A stretch of DNA of 64,000 nt from the human T2T-CHM13v2.0 reference genome, Homo sapiens. Under the pieces are notes generated by a model. It was not told the origin of the DNA. It made no database searches and saw only the letters and a list, made by a program, of their open reading frames with translations. The position numbers were made by a program, and so were the translations under genes. Where the stretch lies: assembly GCF_009914755.1 (NCBI RefSeq), contig NC_060936.1; one strand, written 5' to 3'. The stretch's first letter is position 1; every line of letters begins with the position of its first letter. This document shows, piece after piece, positions 41,180-55,406 of the stretch.

Positions 41180-42475
41180 CTTTCTTCTTACAAAAACCTT
41201 CTGAGCTTCCCTCAGTAATTCCTTAATCGGTTTTTCATTCCACCTATCAATCTTTTGCAGTTTCTTAGTAATATCAGGCCAGCTTTTGTCACAGAACTAA
41301 CTCCTAAAAGGCCTTGCCCTACTGGGTGCTCTGGACCTAATCCTGAATATTTTCTTATTTGATCCCTGAGCCTCTGCAGAAATGCAGAGGGAGTCTTCTC
41401 TTTTTATTGTTGGATCTCGAATGCTTTCAAGACATTTTGTGTTCTAAGAGTGGACTTTTTAATCCCTTTAATTATTAGTTCCCTTGGGTCCTGCACTGGG
41501 GCCTGATCTCTGAGGTTATTGTTATCCCCTCTGGGATTTGCATTTGGGAATTTCTGCTCAGCTGGCAGGACTCCTTACCCGGGAGAATGGGGTCTCTCCC
41601 AAATGGTCATGGCTGCCCTTATAATCATTCCCCTCTCTTCCCCAGGAAACAGAATATTTATGATTGACATTATCTTAGCCCAAGTATAAAAATGGGGTCA
41701 TAAAAATTGATCTAGCTGCTCTGCTAAACCGAGGGGGTCTTCCCAGAGTGGCCTCATTTTCTTTTTAGAATTCTGAACCTCAGTACTTGCTAGAGGCACA
41801 CTCACAAACCCAACAAACCCAACTCCTCTCTGTCCCGTAGAGACTTCTCTAAGAGGGTACCTGTTAGACATCTGCTGTTTAGAAGGAACGGGGAAATTCT
41901 CAATGTCCTTCTTACATTGTTCTAATTCTTTCCTCTAGTTTGGATAAGGATTTAAGGAAGCATTGGGTTTAGCTTCTTCGTGACCCCCCGATTCCTCTTC
42001 CTCCGACCTTCTTGCTGCCCCCCGATCGCCCTGTTCTGTTCTTCCTGAGATGTATGGGGGGGCAAGCGTGTTAGGGGATCCCAGGGCTTTTCATTGGGTG
42101 AGGGCTTTTTACTATGCTCTTTTTCTTCTTTTTAAAGGGGAACATGGGGGTTAATTCACTAATCCAACAAAGAGCATAACCTGTCTCCTCTCGTGAGGAT
42201 GGAGTTTTATTATTCACAGAAAATTAAAGCTTGGCACACCCAATCCTCATCTGAGCCAAACTCAGGCCAAAAGACCAAAGGTTGACGAATGGGCTTTTTG
42301 GGCCAGATAAAACAACAAACTTTATCATCTTTTGCTTTTCCTTGTCCCTGGTTTGAGGACTATCCCTTCAAACCTGCAGCATTCTCCCCAGCGGACTATT
42401 TGGGGGAATGTCAGAAGGGTTCTCTTTAGTTCCCTCTTTCCTCTGTTCTCTAGGCCTAGAATTCTTGTTTCCCAT
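41180..42475 (-). pseudogene. Defective ERV gag (MA-CA) with stops and frameshifts
   Basis: ATG at 42475 (Met-Gly myristoylation start), PPPY late domain near 42060, major homology region near 41380-41420; no zinc knuckle recognisable. Confidence 0.85.
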
Positions 42476-42798
42476 TTTTGGTTAGTCTCTGTGTCTGAGC
42501 TTTTCCCTGTGTACTCAGCCTCCCTTACTGGAGGTTTCTTACACACCCCAAGACCTCCGAAAATGCACAACTACCAAGCAGTACTTACAGATCAATTTTC
42601 CTACCTTGGCTCATGCGTGAGGTTGCCTGGTTGCCTGCTTTTCTCCCTGTGTCACTTTAGTTGTCTCCTGAATAACAGTTTCAGGTTTGTCTATGGCTTC
42701 TTCGGGGAGCTGAGACACCTGGACAGAGTGGGCCACACAAATCGAGTGGGACACATCTCCCCTGTCAGCTGGAGTCTCACTCCATGCAGGCATGGAAA

Positions 42799-42816
42799 TC
42801 CCCATATGGGCCACCA
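42799..42816 (-). promoter_or_regulatory. Retroviral primer-binding site for tRNA-Ile
   Basis: Minus strand TGGTGGCCCATATGGGGA versus the tRNA-Ile(AAT) complement TGGTGGCCCGTACGGGGA; both mismatches are CpG decays. Confidence 0.9.
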
Positions 42817-42819
42817 GGT

Positions 42820-43442
42820 TGTGAGAAACAGACTCACCCGTCCAAACCCAAAGAATGGACTCAGAGACCCAGAGAACAGCGAAAGTGAGACTTGTGATGA
42901 CGGTCTTGCAAAATCGGGTGTCTCATGAGCAGGCACACCCAGCACAGTTTCAACAAGCAGTTTATCCCCTAGTGCACAGGTCTCTCCCCTGGTTCCTCAT
43001 AGGCTGAGTATTATGGGTTACAATCTTCCCGGATGATGCCTGTTCATTGCTGGGCAGGGGCTGTAGGTGGTTTTTTAGGGTTGTTTTGCTCCATTTTGTT
43101 GCAGCCCACAATGCATTGCAATCCTAGCTAGCTCAGGGGCTCATAAAGTATTTGATTTATGACCGAAGTAGCTGGGCAGGCTGATAAGAACAAACAAAAT
43201 GAACTATTTTGTAGGCTAGTAAACTTTCATCTTAGACTAAACTTCTTTGGTTCGGGGAGGGCAACTAAGGAGTGGGGAAGTGGGGGGAAGGGGGATGGTG
43301 GGGAAGTGGGGGAGGCCGAGAAGCAGGCATCAGCTATCCAAGCAGGGGCCTAGTGTATCCTGTTTCTTCTGTAGTTTGCTGACCTAAGCCAATTCAGGCA
43401 CTTCATCCTGGAAATGGCCCACTGTATACATTATTTCCTTCA
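42820..43442 (-). mobile_element. 5' LTR (LTR10 family, probably LTR10C-like)
   Basis: Minus strand TGAAGGAAATAATGTATACAG...TTTCTCACA, with the PBS 3 nt downstream; GATAAA TATA-like box at 42961-66. Confidence 0.85.
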
Positions 43443-46400
43443 AAGAGCCAGGGGAGTAAGAGAAAGTGTCGTGTGACCTAGAAGCTTGGGATTTGGAAGG
43501 GAGCCGAGGGGAAGGGCAGACCCAGGCAGCACCTGGGCTTCCAGAAGAAGCTGGTGCTTCCACCACACTGACCTAGACAAGGCACAAGGCATCCCCCTCT
43601 TCTCTGGGCCCCAGCTTCCTCAACCATAGCATGAGGGGTTGCACTGTCTAATCCCCAAGGCCCTCTACCAGGGATTCTGTAAGAAGGCATTCTGCATGGC
43701 CAGGGATGGGACCTGCTCATGGAGAGACCCAGGGCAATTGCAAAGCAAAACAAATGGCAGGTGGTGGGGTGCGAATGTTGACCCTCTGGTGAAATGCAGT
43801 ATTGGAGCAAAAGAGCATGGCAAGGGAAGCCCTCTGTAGGCCTGTGCACTGTTTTTTTTCCTACATTTCACTTATTATTGTAAAAATATTATCATAATAT
43901 TTTATTATTAATATTTATTATTATTATTTTGAAACAAGGCAGTTTCAAAAAGGAGAAGAATTTCACCCCACTCATAGTCCTGCAGAGGATCGCCTCTCAT
44001 TGTCCCTCTTCTCCATTCGTCTTGGGCAGTGCGGCCTGGACACTGGGAAGTGCCCCCGGAATGCCACGGGGAACAGCCTGGCCCCCACTTCCTTCCCTCC
44101 ATGCTGGCAGCTCTTAGCGTTTATCCTGGGCTTGGATGCAGTTTCTTGCACTCCAAGGACAGAAATGATAGGAATGATGAGGGTTTTAACAACCAGCATC
44201 GATACTGCATTTTCCGAGTTACAGAACTCCTTCTGTCCTTCTGCTTACTTGATTCTCACCACAAGGATCCTCAGCCTCTGACCTTGTAAACAGTCAGAAG
44301 GGCAAGAATCACTGTGTCCATTTTACAGCTGAGGAAATACTCGGAGAAGATAAGCAACTTGTTGAAGGTCACAAAGGTAGAAGCAGGCAGAGGTTAAGAC
44401 CAGAGCCTATGCAAAGAGAGGGCAACAGTGGAGCAGAGGCTTTAAACCTGCTTCTTCCTTGTTCCTGTTTGAATGTGTCACCTTGCTCACTCCCCAGGTG
44501 CCACTGCCACACGGCCTGGTGGGATCTTGGTGTGGTCACCATGTTCCATGTTTATACTGAAGCTTTGAAGTCTTGGAGAATCAATTAGGCTGCCATGAGT
44601 CCTCAGATTCCTCAGGAATCGAGGGAACTGACTCATCAGAAACAAACTCATAAGAGACTGACATATCATATTAGTATGAATTTACGAATTTGTAATGAGA
44701 AACTGTCCTGATGAACAGGATACTCATGTTTACTGATCACTGAAGAACTTAAAAATAGCGAAGGTCCCTTCCCTCCCCAGGTGCAGAGGAATGAGCACCA
44801 CATGGTTTTGTGGATTCCTTTCTAGCTTGGAAAGAGAAAGAGAGAGGCGAGGAAGTGGCAAAGGAGTTCCCTGGACTAGAAGATAAATTCAGAACTTCAG
44901 GGAATCACTGTAATGTGTGGCACTTGAAAGCATAAACCAGATAATTCAAATCTAGGTTCAGGTCCTGGCTTGGCCACTCACAAACTCTATGACCTTGGTT
45001 AAATTCCATAAGCTTTCCAACCTTGAGTTAACTCATCTGTAAAAGGAGCATAGCACTTAACTTCTTAGGGTGTTTGGCAGGATTAAATGTGATAATGCCT
45101 GGAAAGGTGTCCAGCATCTAGTAAGGACTGCATACGTGCTAGCTATGTTAAAGCTGGATTTTCGAGGGCAGAGAGGGAGAACTCAAACAAGATTTAAGGT
45201 CTAGAAATTCAGATATGACTAGGGAATGTTTAGAAAGTACAGGCCACATGCTTCATGTGATGAGCCTCTGCTATGGCAAGCATGTTCTTCAGGTTCCAAG
45301 CATGTTGTTCAGACACACCTCAGGGACCTGAACAACATGCTTGCCATACCAGGGGCTCTGGCAAGGTCTAGTCCGTCCCATGGGATAGCAGGTGTTGGGC
45401 GTGGAGAAGAGGCAGTCTTTCAGATGTTTCTGTTCAGGCCCAGCTCCTGACATGGAGTGGTGGCAGGATAGAGCCCAATATTCAAAAAGAGAGAAAGAGA
45501 GAGACTCTGAGAACTGAAGGACAAATTTGGGGAAGAGATCAAAGAAGCTAAAGACCCGGATGAATGTCAATCAAGTAGGGCCAACAGGCTCAGAGAGGAG
45601 ATTTTCTAGACATCAGGGCAGGAGAGGAAATGATTTAACTCAGCAACAGGCTGCCACAGTGAAGACTGGGATGGGATTAAGATCGGAAGCATTTATTTTA
45701 TCAGCCAACAGTTTGACTGCCTGTTCTCCTGAGAGAAGATTGTTTATCCCAACAGGGAAAGGCTTATGGCCTGGCACTGTCCCCTGGCCTGCCCCATGGG
45801 GTATTCCCCATGCCAGGATCTCTAAGGCTTCTTCCAAAGTGTGTCCTGCAGAGACAGTGAGCAGATATTCCATTGTCACACATACAGCAGGAGCCTAGCA
45901 CGTCCCTTCCTCTTAACACTTGCAGAGATAACACATGGAAGCCACAAGGCATGCGGGAAACAGTGTGGCCAATCTGATATGTGCAGCATGAAAGCCTGGA
46001 GCTAGATATCAGGTAGGACTTCCAGTAGGACCACTGAAGATAAGGACGTTAACTGCAGGGAAACAAGTGGGGAATCTTGCTCCCTGGTAACTAGCTAAAT
46101 GTCCAGAGCAATGTCCTACCCTACTGGTAATTCTGCCATTTCCATTTCTTGGGTCATAAGACTCCTGTTTTCAGCAAGAATGCACCTGACCTCCACAGGC
46201 ACCTGTAGGTCATCAGATTTCCTCTGGCATGTGGTAAACTTGGGCCTGTGAGGAGCTGTTCTTCCCTGGAAATAGCTCAGGACCCAAGAAACATGTGCTC
46301 TGCTGGGGTGAAGTAGGGCTGACCTGGGTTGGAACAGAAGGAAGATGGAATGAAGGGGCTTTAGAGCCAAGAGAATATGAAACACCCAGGCATGGCCTCA

Positions 46401-47707
46401 TGCCTGCCTCTGGTATGGGCTTTATGCACACATGATTTGTGTGGGTCACCATAACAGGGCTCCGCGAGGGAGCTAGAAAGAATGAGACAAGGTCCCTGCT
46501 CTCCAGGGAGCAATTAGCTCATGAACCGGAAGCTGGGGATGCATAAAGGGCCCAGATTAGGGGAGAATAGCCACAGTTACCAAGCATCAAGTAGATGCCA
46601 TAGGCTTCGTGTAGATTATTTCACTCACTCTCACAGCAAAATCATGTAGCAGGTATCCCTACTTTACACACAAGCAAATGGGCTCAGAGAGGTTAAGGAA
46701 CTAGCCCAGTGCCACACAGCTGGTGAGTGGCGGGATTTTAACCACAGTCAGTCTCTCTGGTTCTAAATCTCATAGTTATACCACTCTGCTGCCTTCCAGC
46801 CCTTGTTACCCTCTGGTAAGCTCCTCTGGCATCATCTGTAACTCAGAGTCACCGATTACACCACACAGAAGAGGCCAGCACATCTCGATTTAGAGAACTC
46901 TAGCACAAGACACCAAGAGCGATAAGAAACTGATACAGCAAGCTAAAGGGTTGTCCTTTGTTCTGAAATTATATTCTTCCTACTTTTCATTTTTTTAATA
47001 ATATTACAGGAAAAGTGAATGATACTTTTGCTTTTTATTTTCTTATTTGACAAAATAAAACATGGGACGTCCCAAAAGAGAAGATAGTTGCTACTTACTA
47101 GGGCTTGCCAACCATTGTACGTGTATTAGCCCTTCGTTCTTGGGACACCTCCTTTCACAGGACCTTGAGGCACAGGAGTTTAAGCGACTTGCCCAAGGCC
47201 ACAACGCAGGTAGCTGGTACAGCGAGCGTTCAAACCCTAGTGGTCGGGCTCCAAGTCTGCACTACAGTTAGAGGCTGCGACTCTACCCCTAATTACAAGT
47301 AGGCTGACCCTGGCTGCAGCCTCATGTGCTCCCTCCTCTCAGGGACCCCAAAGGCACTCGCCCCGGAGACCTGGTCCCCAGCTGCCTCTCCTGTGGAGTA
47401 CCCTCTCCCAGCATCCCCGGCATTTCCGTGAGCTATTCTTTTGTGGTTCCTGATGGTCACCCGTGGTCCCTTTGGAACCTATTGCTTACTCAGGCCACAA
47501 AGGGCTGGGGTGTAGAGGACTTAAGGAGTAACTCCATTTTGTTTTCTAAAAGTCTTCCTTGCTGTAATATTGGGGTCCAAGACTGTGAGGCCCAGCCCAG
47601 CTGCAGTCAGACTCCTGCCATCTTTCCAGTCTTGCCAGCATGGAGCTGTGGGGCCAATCCCCTTGGAGGCACTTCCCTGACCCTTTGGGATCTGCAAGAC
47701 CCTGACT

Positions 47708-47759
47708 GCTCCTGAGGCTCCCACGAGGCTCCCACGAGGCTCCTGAGGCTCCCACGAGG
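47708..47759. repeat. Short tandem repeat (GAGGCTCCCAC / GAGGCTCCT units)
   Basis: Directly visible. Confidence 0.85.
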
Positions 47760-50544
47760 ATGGCTGTGCAATTCTGGCACTCATGTGAGGCAGCAGTGTT
47801 GATTATGTAAAGACAAGGGGGGCGTTTGCCCATAGGGAAGAGCTAGGGAAGGACCGACACAAATTCAGGACAGGGATTCTTCTGAGGAGGGGAGAGGAAT
47901 ACACAGGGCATCAGAGGCTTCAAACGTGCTCTTTCTTGAGCTGAGTACATGTGGATATTTTTCTGTATGTTTCATCTCTGTGTTACCTATATTTGCATAT
48001 ATAAAATACCTCATAATAAAAGAAAAAATAAGTAATATCTGGAGTTCACTAGGCTGTACTGAAGCCACAGGGAGATGACTTTGGGTTGTGGCCAGGGCAG
48101 GATGAAGAGGCCGTGGTTCTGCAGCCTTATCCTGAGGCTGGGTGAGAATGTTGAGAGATGGGAGCTCTCTTCTCCTGGGGTAATCACAAGAGCAGACGTG
48201 AAAGGTGAGAAAACCAAGGTGTACAGTGAGCTGTGTCTGCCTGGGCCAGAGAGAGACGTGCCTGTGTGAAACTGTGTGTCATGTGTTGGGAAGCGGGCAG
48301 GGAGGATGTTCTTCGAGCTTGAAATTGCCACCAGAGCCATGCCTGTTTATGACAATGTAAAATGCTCAAAGACAGTAGGATTCCGGGGGCAGTAAGATGG
48401 CACTCGCCAGTATGGCCCAGCCTGGGAGGCTATGAGGGAGGCGGTGCCTGAGGAGGCCTGAGGAAGCTTCCAGAGGAGGCCTTCCTGTGGGATGGGCTGA
48501 GCAGGGGAGGGCTCCACATTCGCCCATGGGGACAGTCTGCAGGAGCCACCCTGTGGCCCACCTTGAGGGAGTGGCCGGGGTATTCTGGCCTAGGTGAGGG
48601 GAGGGCTGAGCCCAGAGAAGTGGCTGAGACCCTTTGACAGGAACACTCTAGAGACAAGCCAGCCCCCACCCACACCTTTAGGAGCAGCTGTGAGACCAAA
48701 GCCTGGAGGCAACAAGGAGAGGAAGAACTTCTTCTCTCCTTGGGAGCCAGACAGGAGAAGCATCTCTTACAGCCAGCGAGGTCAGGGCAGCCTCTGGAAG
48801 TGGAAGAGAGCCGGGACAGCCACATCTGCCCTCCTGCAGGGGCTTCTGGCCTGGATGGTGGCAATCAAGGGGCCATGGCAGGGGAGGCTTATGCTGTGTC
48901 ACTGGGAGCTGAAGTTCATCTGATGGCTTCAGGTTAGCAGGAGCAGGGATGGAGCAGCGACACAGCGGGTGTGGCCAGGGCCCAAGCAAATGGCAAGTGG
49001 GGAGGGAGGGAGCTGGGCCTCTCCTTCCTGCCTGATGCCAAAGTGTCTTGTCCAAGCTGCCCTCTTACAATGAGGATACAGAGCCCAGAGAGGGGAAGTG
49101 ATTTGCCCACAGTTATGCCGCACACTCTGCAGGCTGCGGTGGGATTGCCTCCTGACTCCTGGCCCAGTGCCCTCTCCACCACCTTGGGCAGGACCTTCCA
49201 GCTCGGGCTTCGAATCAGCATGAAGTGAGTTGATTTCTTGTCTTGTCACTAACACTGGCCTTCTGTTCACCTCCACCCCCCTCATGCCATCTGGGACCTC
49301 AAAAGACACCTGGCTTTCTGTGCTCGGTGCCTTTATTCTGCCCGTCTGAGATCACCATATTGATTCAAAGAAAGGAGGGAAAAGAAGTGTTTTAGAAAGG
49401 GCTAAAAATCTTGAGGGGACGTGACGCATGTTGTTAGCTTTTGTCTAGAAAATGCTTCATAGCTTTGTCCCAGAAGAGCTTTAAGAATGGCTGGCAGAGT
49501 CTGGGATAATCTAGTGCAATTGGCCAGGCCCTCTGGAGGAGTCTTCATACCCAAGGAGTCCATCAGCCTTCAAAATGCTCCTGGTAGAGTCTCTAGTAAT
49601 TACTGTGCTAGCCATTGCCGAGATAGGAGAACAGCCCTCAAGCTCCTGCTCTGGCAAGCCACCCCACTATCAACAGCAGACTCCCTCAGGGGCTGAGCCT
49701 GCAGGTAGCTCCTCATTCCAGCCCCTCTGGTAGGAGAGTGCCGGGCCTCGGTCAGCACCTTCCTCCTCCCCCTCCTCTCCTGGCTCTCACATAGCCCTTC
49801 AGTTGCTCCTGTCCCCTTAGCTCCTGGCAGTGGGCAATGTGGCTGCCAGGGCCTGCCTGGGAGCCCAGAGAGGCTCACTACCCCGAGTCAGCTCCCTGGC
49901 AGGAGCTGTGTGAGCACAAATGCTGGGGGCCACTGCAGGTGTTCTCCCTTCTCACCTATTCCTGGGTGGAAAGTTGTACTTCCCACCGTGGTGGATATGC
50001 TAACCTATGGGTTCATTTCATCTTCATCACTATCCTGGAAAGGAGGTATTTGCATCCCCATTTTGCTGATGAGAAAACCGTGGTCCAGAAAAGTTGGGTG
50101 TGGTTCTCAAGACCTCCTAGCAGGTAGTTGCAGAGCCTGGGGCCTCACTCCACTCAGGCTCTCTTCCGTTTGCGTGAGGATTCCGTCAGTGCCAAGGATG
50201 AAGATGACCAGGCTCTGAAAAGCCCTGAAATATTTTATCTGTGTGACCAGAGAGCTGCCTATATCCCTTGGCACTCTTCTCAGCATATGGAAAATACTCC
50301 ATGATTTTCTCTCCATAATAGTGTGCTTAGCCTGGGGCCTATGGAGTCTGTAAAGCCCCTGACATGAAGGTAAAATTTGGCATGTGTGAAATCATGTGCG
50401 TTTTTCTAGGAAGAGAGCCCTGAGCCCTTAGCAAAGGTATCTGGAACCCAGAAAAGTTCCACAGATCTGGGGGCAGAGAGACCAGGGTAATCCTGGCTAC
50501 CAAGAGAAAGAAAGGAGAAAGAAAGGCTGAGGCTCCCAGGGGGA

Positions 50545-50935
50545 TTCAGTTCTTGAGGAAGCAGACTCGAGTTCAGAATGTTGACTTTTTACCAGGTGAT
50601 GCACTTGGGATCAACACCCATGGAAGGGAGGGGAGGCACACAGCATGGGGCAGAGTCTACCGCAAAAGCCCAGCAGCAGCCTTGGCCAATCCCACGTGGC
50701 ACATCAACCTCAGCCCATGTTGGGTAAGAATGGTGAGCCTTTACATCCCCACTGAAATTGGTGCCTGGGTGTGGACAGCCCTTGGAAGGATGTGACTTTG
50801 GGCCAGGTAGCTCTCTGTAGCTGAGCCAATCTTTGGTGGGGCTGATGGGGCTGACAGCTAAAGGCACTCTCCACAGTGCTCCCAGCAGCTGAGCGAGAAG
50901 TCCTCCCTTGAAGGAGGGTCTGGGTGGCACATCAC
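50545..50935 (-). mobile_element. Old ERVL LTR (LTR16-like)
   Basis: ggaagcagact...gggatcaacacccatggaagggagggg...gggtctgggtggcacatcac resembles the LTR16 family as recalled. Confidence 0.55.
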
Positions 50936-52820
50936 CAAGCCCAGCCCAGCATTTCTGCCCTTGGAAAAGTAGTGGAGAATAAATAATATCTACCTATCCA
51001 TCCATCCATCCACCCATTTAACATTTATTGCACACATCTTATGAGCCAACCACCTATAATAAGTACCTGTGATAAAAAGGTGCACATGGCACCGTCTGGT
51101 GGAGGAGAGAGACACATCAGTGAATAATTAAAGCACAAAGTGGTCATTGCTGAAATACAGGCAAGTGCCAAGAATTGTTAGAGCATAGAGGAGGGTGGGA
51201 CTGACTCCTCCTGGGGAAGTGAGCGATTCCTGAAAGAGGTGACGATGCAGAGAAAGGAGTGGATGGAAGGCATCTCCAGCAGAAGGAAATCATAAAGCGG
51301 GATGGTGGCCTGAGAGGGTTCGGCAGATCTGGCAAAAGTATCAGTGTGGACGGAGTGGACAGGTCACTCGGTGGGGATGAAGGTAGAAAGGGAGATTGGA
51401 GTAAGATTGGGAATGGACTTTATCCCACCAGTATTGTGGAGTCACTGACGGGTTTGGGCAGAGGGTTGGCCTTGCGGAAATCAGCTCTGAGGATAGACAG
51501 GCTGGGGTGGCCACTGGAACCCCAGGGCACCATCTGTGTGCCAGGACCAGGCATGCTCAGCAGGTGCCTAGCATACCTCTAAGCATAAGCCAGCTTCCCA
51601 CCTGAGTGACCCTCGGATGTGATGTTGTTCTGTTCCAACACACAGGTCATTCTGCTCTTTGGCACATGTGATATTCCTCTGAGAATGAGCGATGGCCCTG
51701 TTTCCCTACTTTCTCAAAGATGTTCACTTCCCATACTCAAATCCTGCTCTCATCCATGGAATGACTGTTGATGCACTGGGCCCTGTGTGTATCAGCCTAA
51801 TGTCATGTGAACACATCAAAGCTTTCTGTGGAAAGCTTTCTGAAGGACCCCTTCATCTTGGTGCCACCCACGTTCTACTTTTGGCTTCTCAAATGGGTGC
51901 CCCAGCCCAGGGAGTAATCCTGTGACCAGCATCGCTCATATACCAGCAGTGACCTCACGTTTTCTCCCGGCTAGCGCACTGCCACTCGGAATGTTTCTGC
52001 AGCCTAAGAGAGTGGAGAGCCCCAGGACCCCCCTCCAGTGCTCTGGGAAGGGCCTTTAAGAAGCTGCTCAGGTCCCAGAGAGAATCCCATCCACATACTT
52101 TCTGTCAAAGGGCCAGGCTGCCTGAAATCTGACCCACTAGGGATGACAGCTGCAGACTGTGGAAGCTGGAGAGACACAGCCTGTGTCTTGGAAGGAGAGG
52201 AGAGATGTTCTGGGAGCTAGAGCAATGGGCTTCCAGTTCCATAAGAGACTGGATTGAAGTAGATGGCCTTCAAGTTAAATAGATGGTCCTTCCACTATGA
52301 CAGCCTAAGGTGAAGATTCCAGCCTCTTCCTCAGACTTATTTGTAGATGGAGTGCAGAGGAAAACAGAGGCTGAGGACATGCTCTTGATGCTCAGCCACC
52401 AAAGAGAGGGTGTAAGGACTCAGGCCTCTGCTGTGCCCTGGCAAAGCACCAAAGCTCAAATCCACACTGACAAATGCCCACCCAGGAATCCCCACATCAT
52501 GGGTCCCATGTGTTGGTGACACCCAAGACCAAGGCCCTTTCGCTGTTTGCTGCTCCAGTGGCTGGAACGGGGTAGGAGGAAGCCTCCAGAAAGCCTGTCC
52601 ATTTGGAAGGCTGGGGAAGGCCATGGGGAATAGTGGGAAAACCCTACTTTTTCAGTTCCATGAAGGTTGACAAGGGGGCTAAATGTTGAGAACACCCCCC
52701 CGCTACAGAATTCTTCATTTCATTTTTCTGGGGACTCCTTTGGGACTCCATGCCATACGATTCTAGCTCAGAAAACAGCCACCATCGCCGTCACCCTGTA
52801 TTAGGGTCTACTGTGTTCCG

Positions 52821-52841
52821 GGCGCTGTCCTAGGTGCTGTG
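52821..52841 (-). promoter_or_regulatory. Candidate REST/NRSF RE1 site within a MIR
   Basis: Minus strand CACAGCACCTAGGACAGCGCC versus consensus TTCAGCACCACGGACAGCGCC (17/21, both half-site cores intact). Confidence 0.6.
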
Positions 52842-53494
52842 TGTGCTTTATTTTTTCCTGACAGCAACCTTGAAAAGTTGTTATTAGGATAACTTGCCCA
52901 AGTCACATAGTAAGTAGCAGAGCCGGGATTCTAACCCAGGTCTCCCTGACACCAAAGCCGTGTATGTTCTTTGCCCTCCACGATGTTATCTTCAACATTG
53001 CCACGTTGAGAACAGTCCAGGGGTTTTGTGGCCACCTTCCACCACACGGTCTTCTAGGTAAGTCTATGGAAGGCAGGCAAGGATAGGGGTTCCCTTTCCA
53101 ACACTTTTTCATTGTATACCTGAGAGGGCCCCAGTCTCTCAGGTCCCCGAGCACGGAGATGGGCAAGGTGGAGCTGGGTCCACCAGCCAGAGAGCCTGGA
53201 ACCTTGGGGCCAGTGGGCCTTGATAGGCCGGCCTCTGCCCTGGGATTCAAGCTCCTAGAGTGTCCAAGCAGGAAGGGTCCCTAGAGAAGAGCAAGCTCCC
53301 TCCGTGGAACAGATGAGGAAACTGGCCCAGGAGGAGGACACAAATTGCCCAAAGCCACAGAGCTAGTTAGAAGCACTGTGTGTGCGTGAGTGTGTGTGTA
53401 CATGAGTGTATGTGAGAGAGAGATTGTGTGTGAGGGGTGGCCCATGAACAAAGGCCCACAACAAGGCTATTTTTTAAAATTTGTTTTGTTTTAT

Positions 53495-53830
53495 CACAAG
53501 TAGTTTATTTGGGACAAGGTGACCCCAGGAAAGGGCTGTAGAGGAGTAGGGAAATGAAACACAGAAGAGAATGAAGCCATGGCAGAGTTCATTAATTATC
53601 AAGTGACTGCTTTGGGCCACTGGGGCTCGATCCCACTGGGGACTTAGGGAGATGGTATAGGGTGTGCCTCAGAGTTGTCCCGTGCAAGGGACAGGGAAGC
53701 TGGGGCATTTATGCAACAACCCCGTTGTCATTGGCCGAGTGCTGCCATCAAGGGACGTCGGCACCCAGCACCTCTTGCCAAGCACATTCCAGCAATCAAA
53801 GAAAGCAGAGGGCTGGTATTAAAGGTGTCT
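53495..53830 (-). mobile_element. Old ERVL LTR (LTR33-like)
   Basis: caagtagtttatttggga...gaccccagga...cctcagagttgtccc...gctggggcatttatgc...gtcattggc. Confidence 0.6.
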
Positions 53831-54108
53831 GGACCCTTGAGTAGCCACCAGTTCCCTAAAGAGTCTTGAAAACCTTTTAGGGTAGAGAGATCCTGGGCAT
53901 CAGTGCCAAGGACAATCTGGAGGAAAGATGAGTAAAACTGTACGCTGCCCGGCAGGCCCTGGACACAGGCTGTGCTGTGGTGGGAAGGGGCTATTTCCAC
54001 GTGCTCCAGGGGAAGAGATGTCAGGTAATACAGCAAGAGAGGTTGAAGTTAGAGCTTAAAAAGAACTTCCCAGTGACGCTAGTGAAAAACATATCAAAGA
54101 TGTCTAGA

Positions 54109-54448
<340 letters not shown>

Positions 54449-55083
54449 AAAGACATCTAGAGCTATATTGAGCCATGCAGCTTGATTGGTGGCCACAGAA
54501 GAAATGGTGGACATAGAAAAAGGCAGCAGCAATGAAGATTTTTCACGGCCAGGGCCAGCCAGCAAGCACTCCTTTATCTGCCAGAGGTGCAGGAGAGTGC
54601 TGGGAGGGCAGATGGAGATTGAGAGAAGGGAGATTCTCAACCCCACCCTTGGCTGGGAGGAAGCACCAGGAGGAACACCTCTCTGCACCCTAAGGTCCAG
54701 TGGAAGCCGCAGGAAGAGGTCCCTCCTCTGGTGTCATTTGGCCCATCTTTCATGGTGGCAAAGTCTTGGAAGACATAAGTCCTTAGGTTGCAGCTCTCCT
54801 GCACCAGGGCCACCCCACCACCCTGGGCCCCTGTTCCTCATTTATAAAAATGGGGAGGTTGGGAGGCTGCATTAGATGACCTTGAGGTCCCTTCCAGTCC
54901 TGATTTTCTGTCACTGTCCACTGTAGAGCCATCCCCGTGGCCCCTGGGTTCTCCTCAGTTCACCATCAACAAGTGTTGACTAAGCACTCAGCATTTGCCC
55001 AGCATGAAGGGGCTGGGGGACGTAATGAAATAACACATAGGCCCTGGCTTCTAGGAAGGGATAGCTGGGGAAATAAGAGTTTA

Positions 55084-55406
<323 letters not shown>

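Noticed and set aside
42332-42928. 198-aa plus-strand ORF
   Set aside because: TTG start, antisense to the ERV leader/gag, no recognisable homology.
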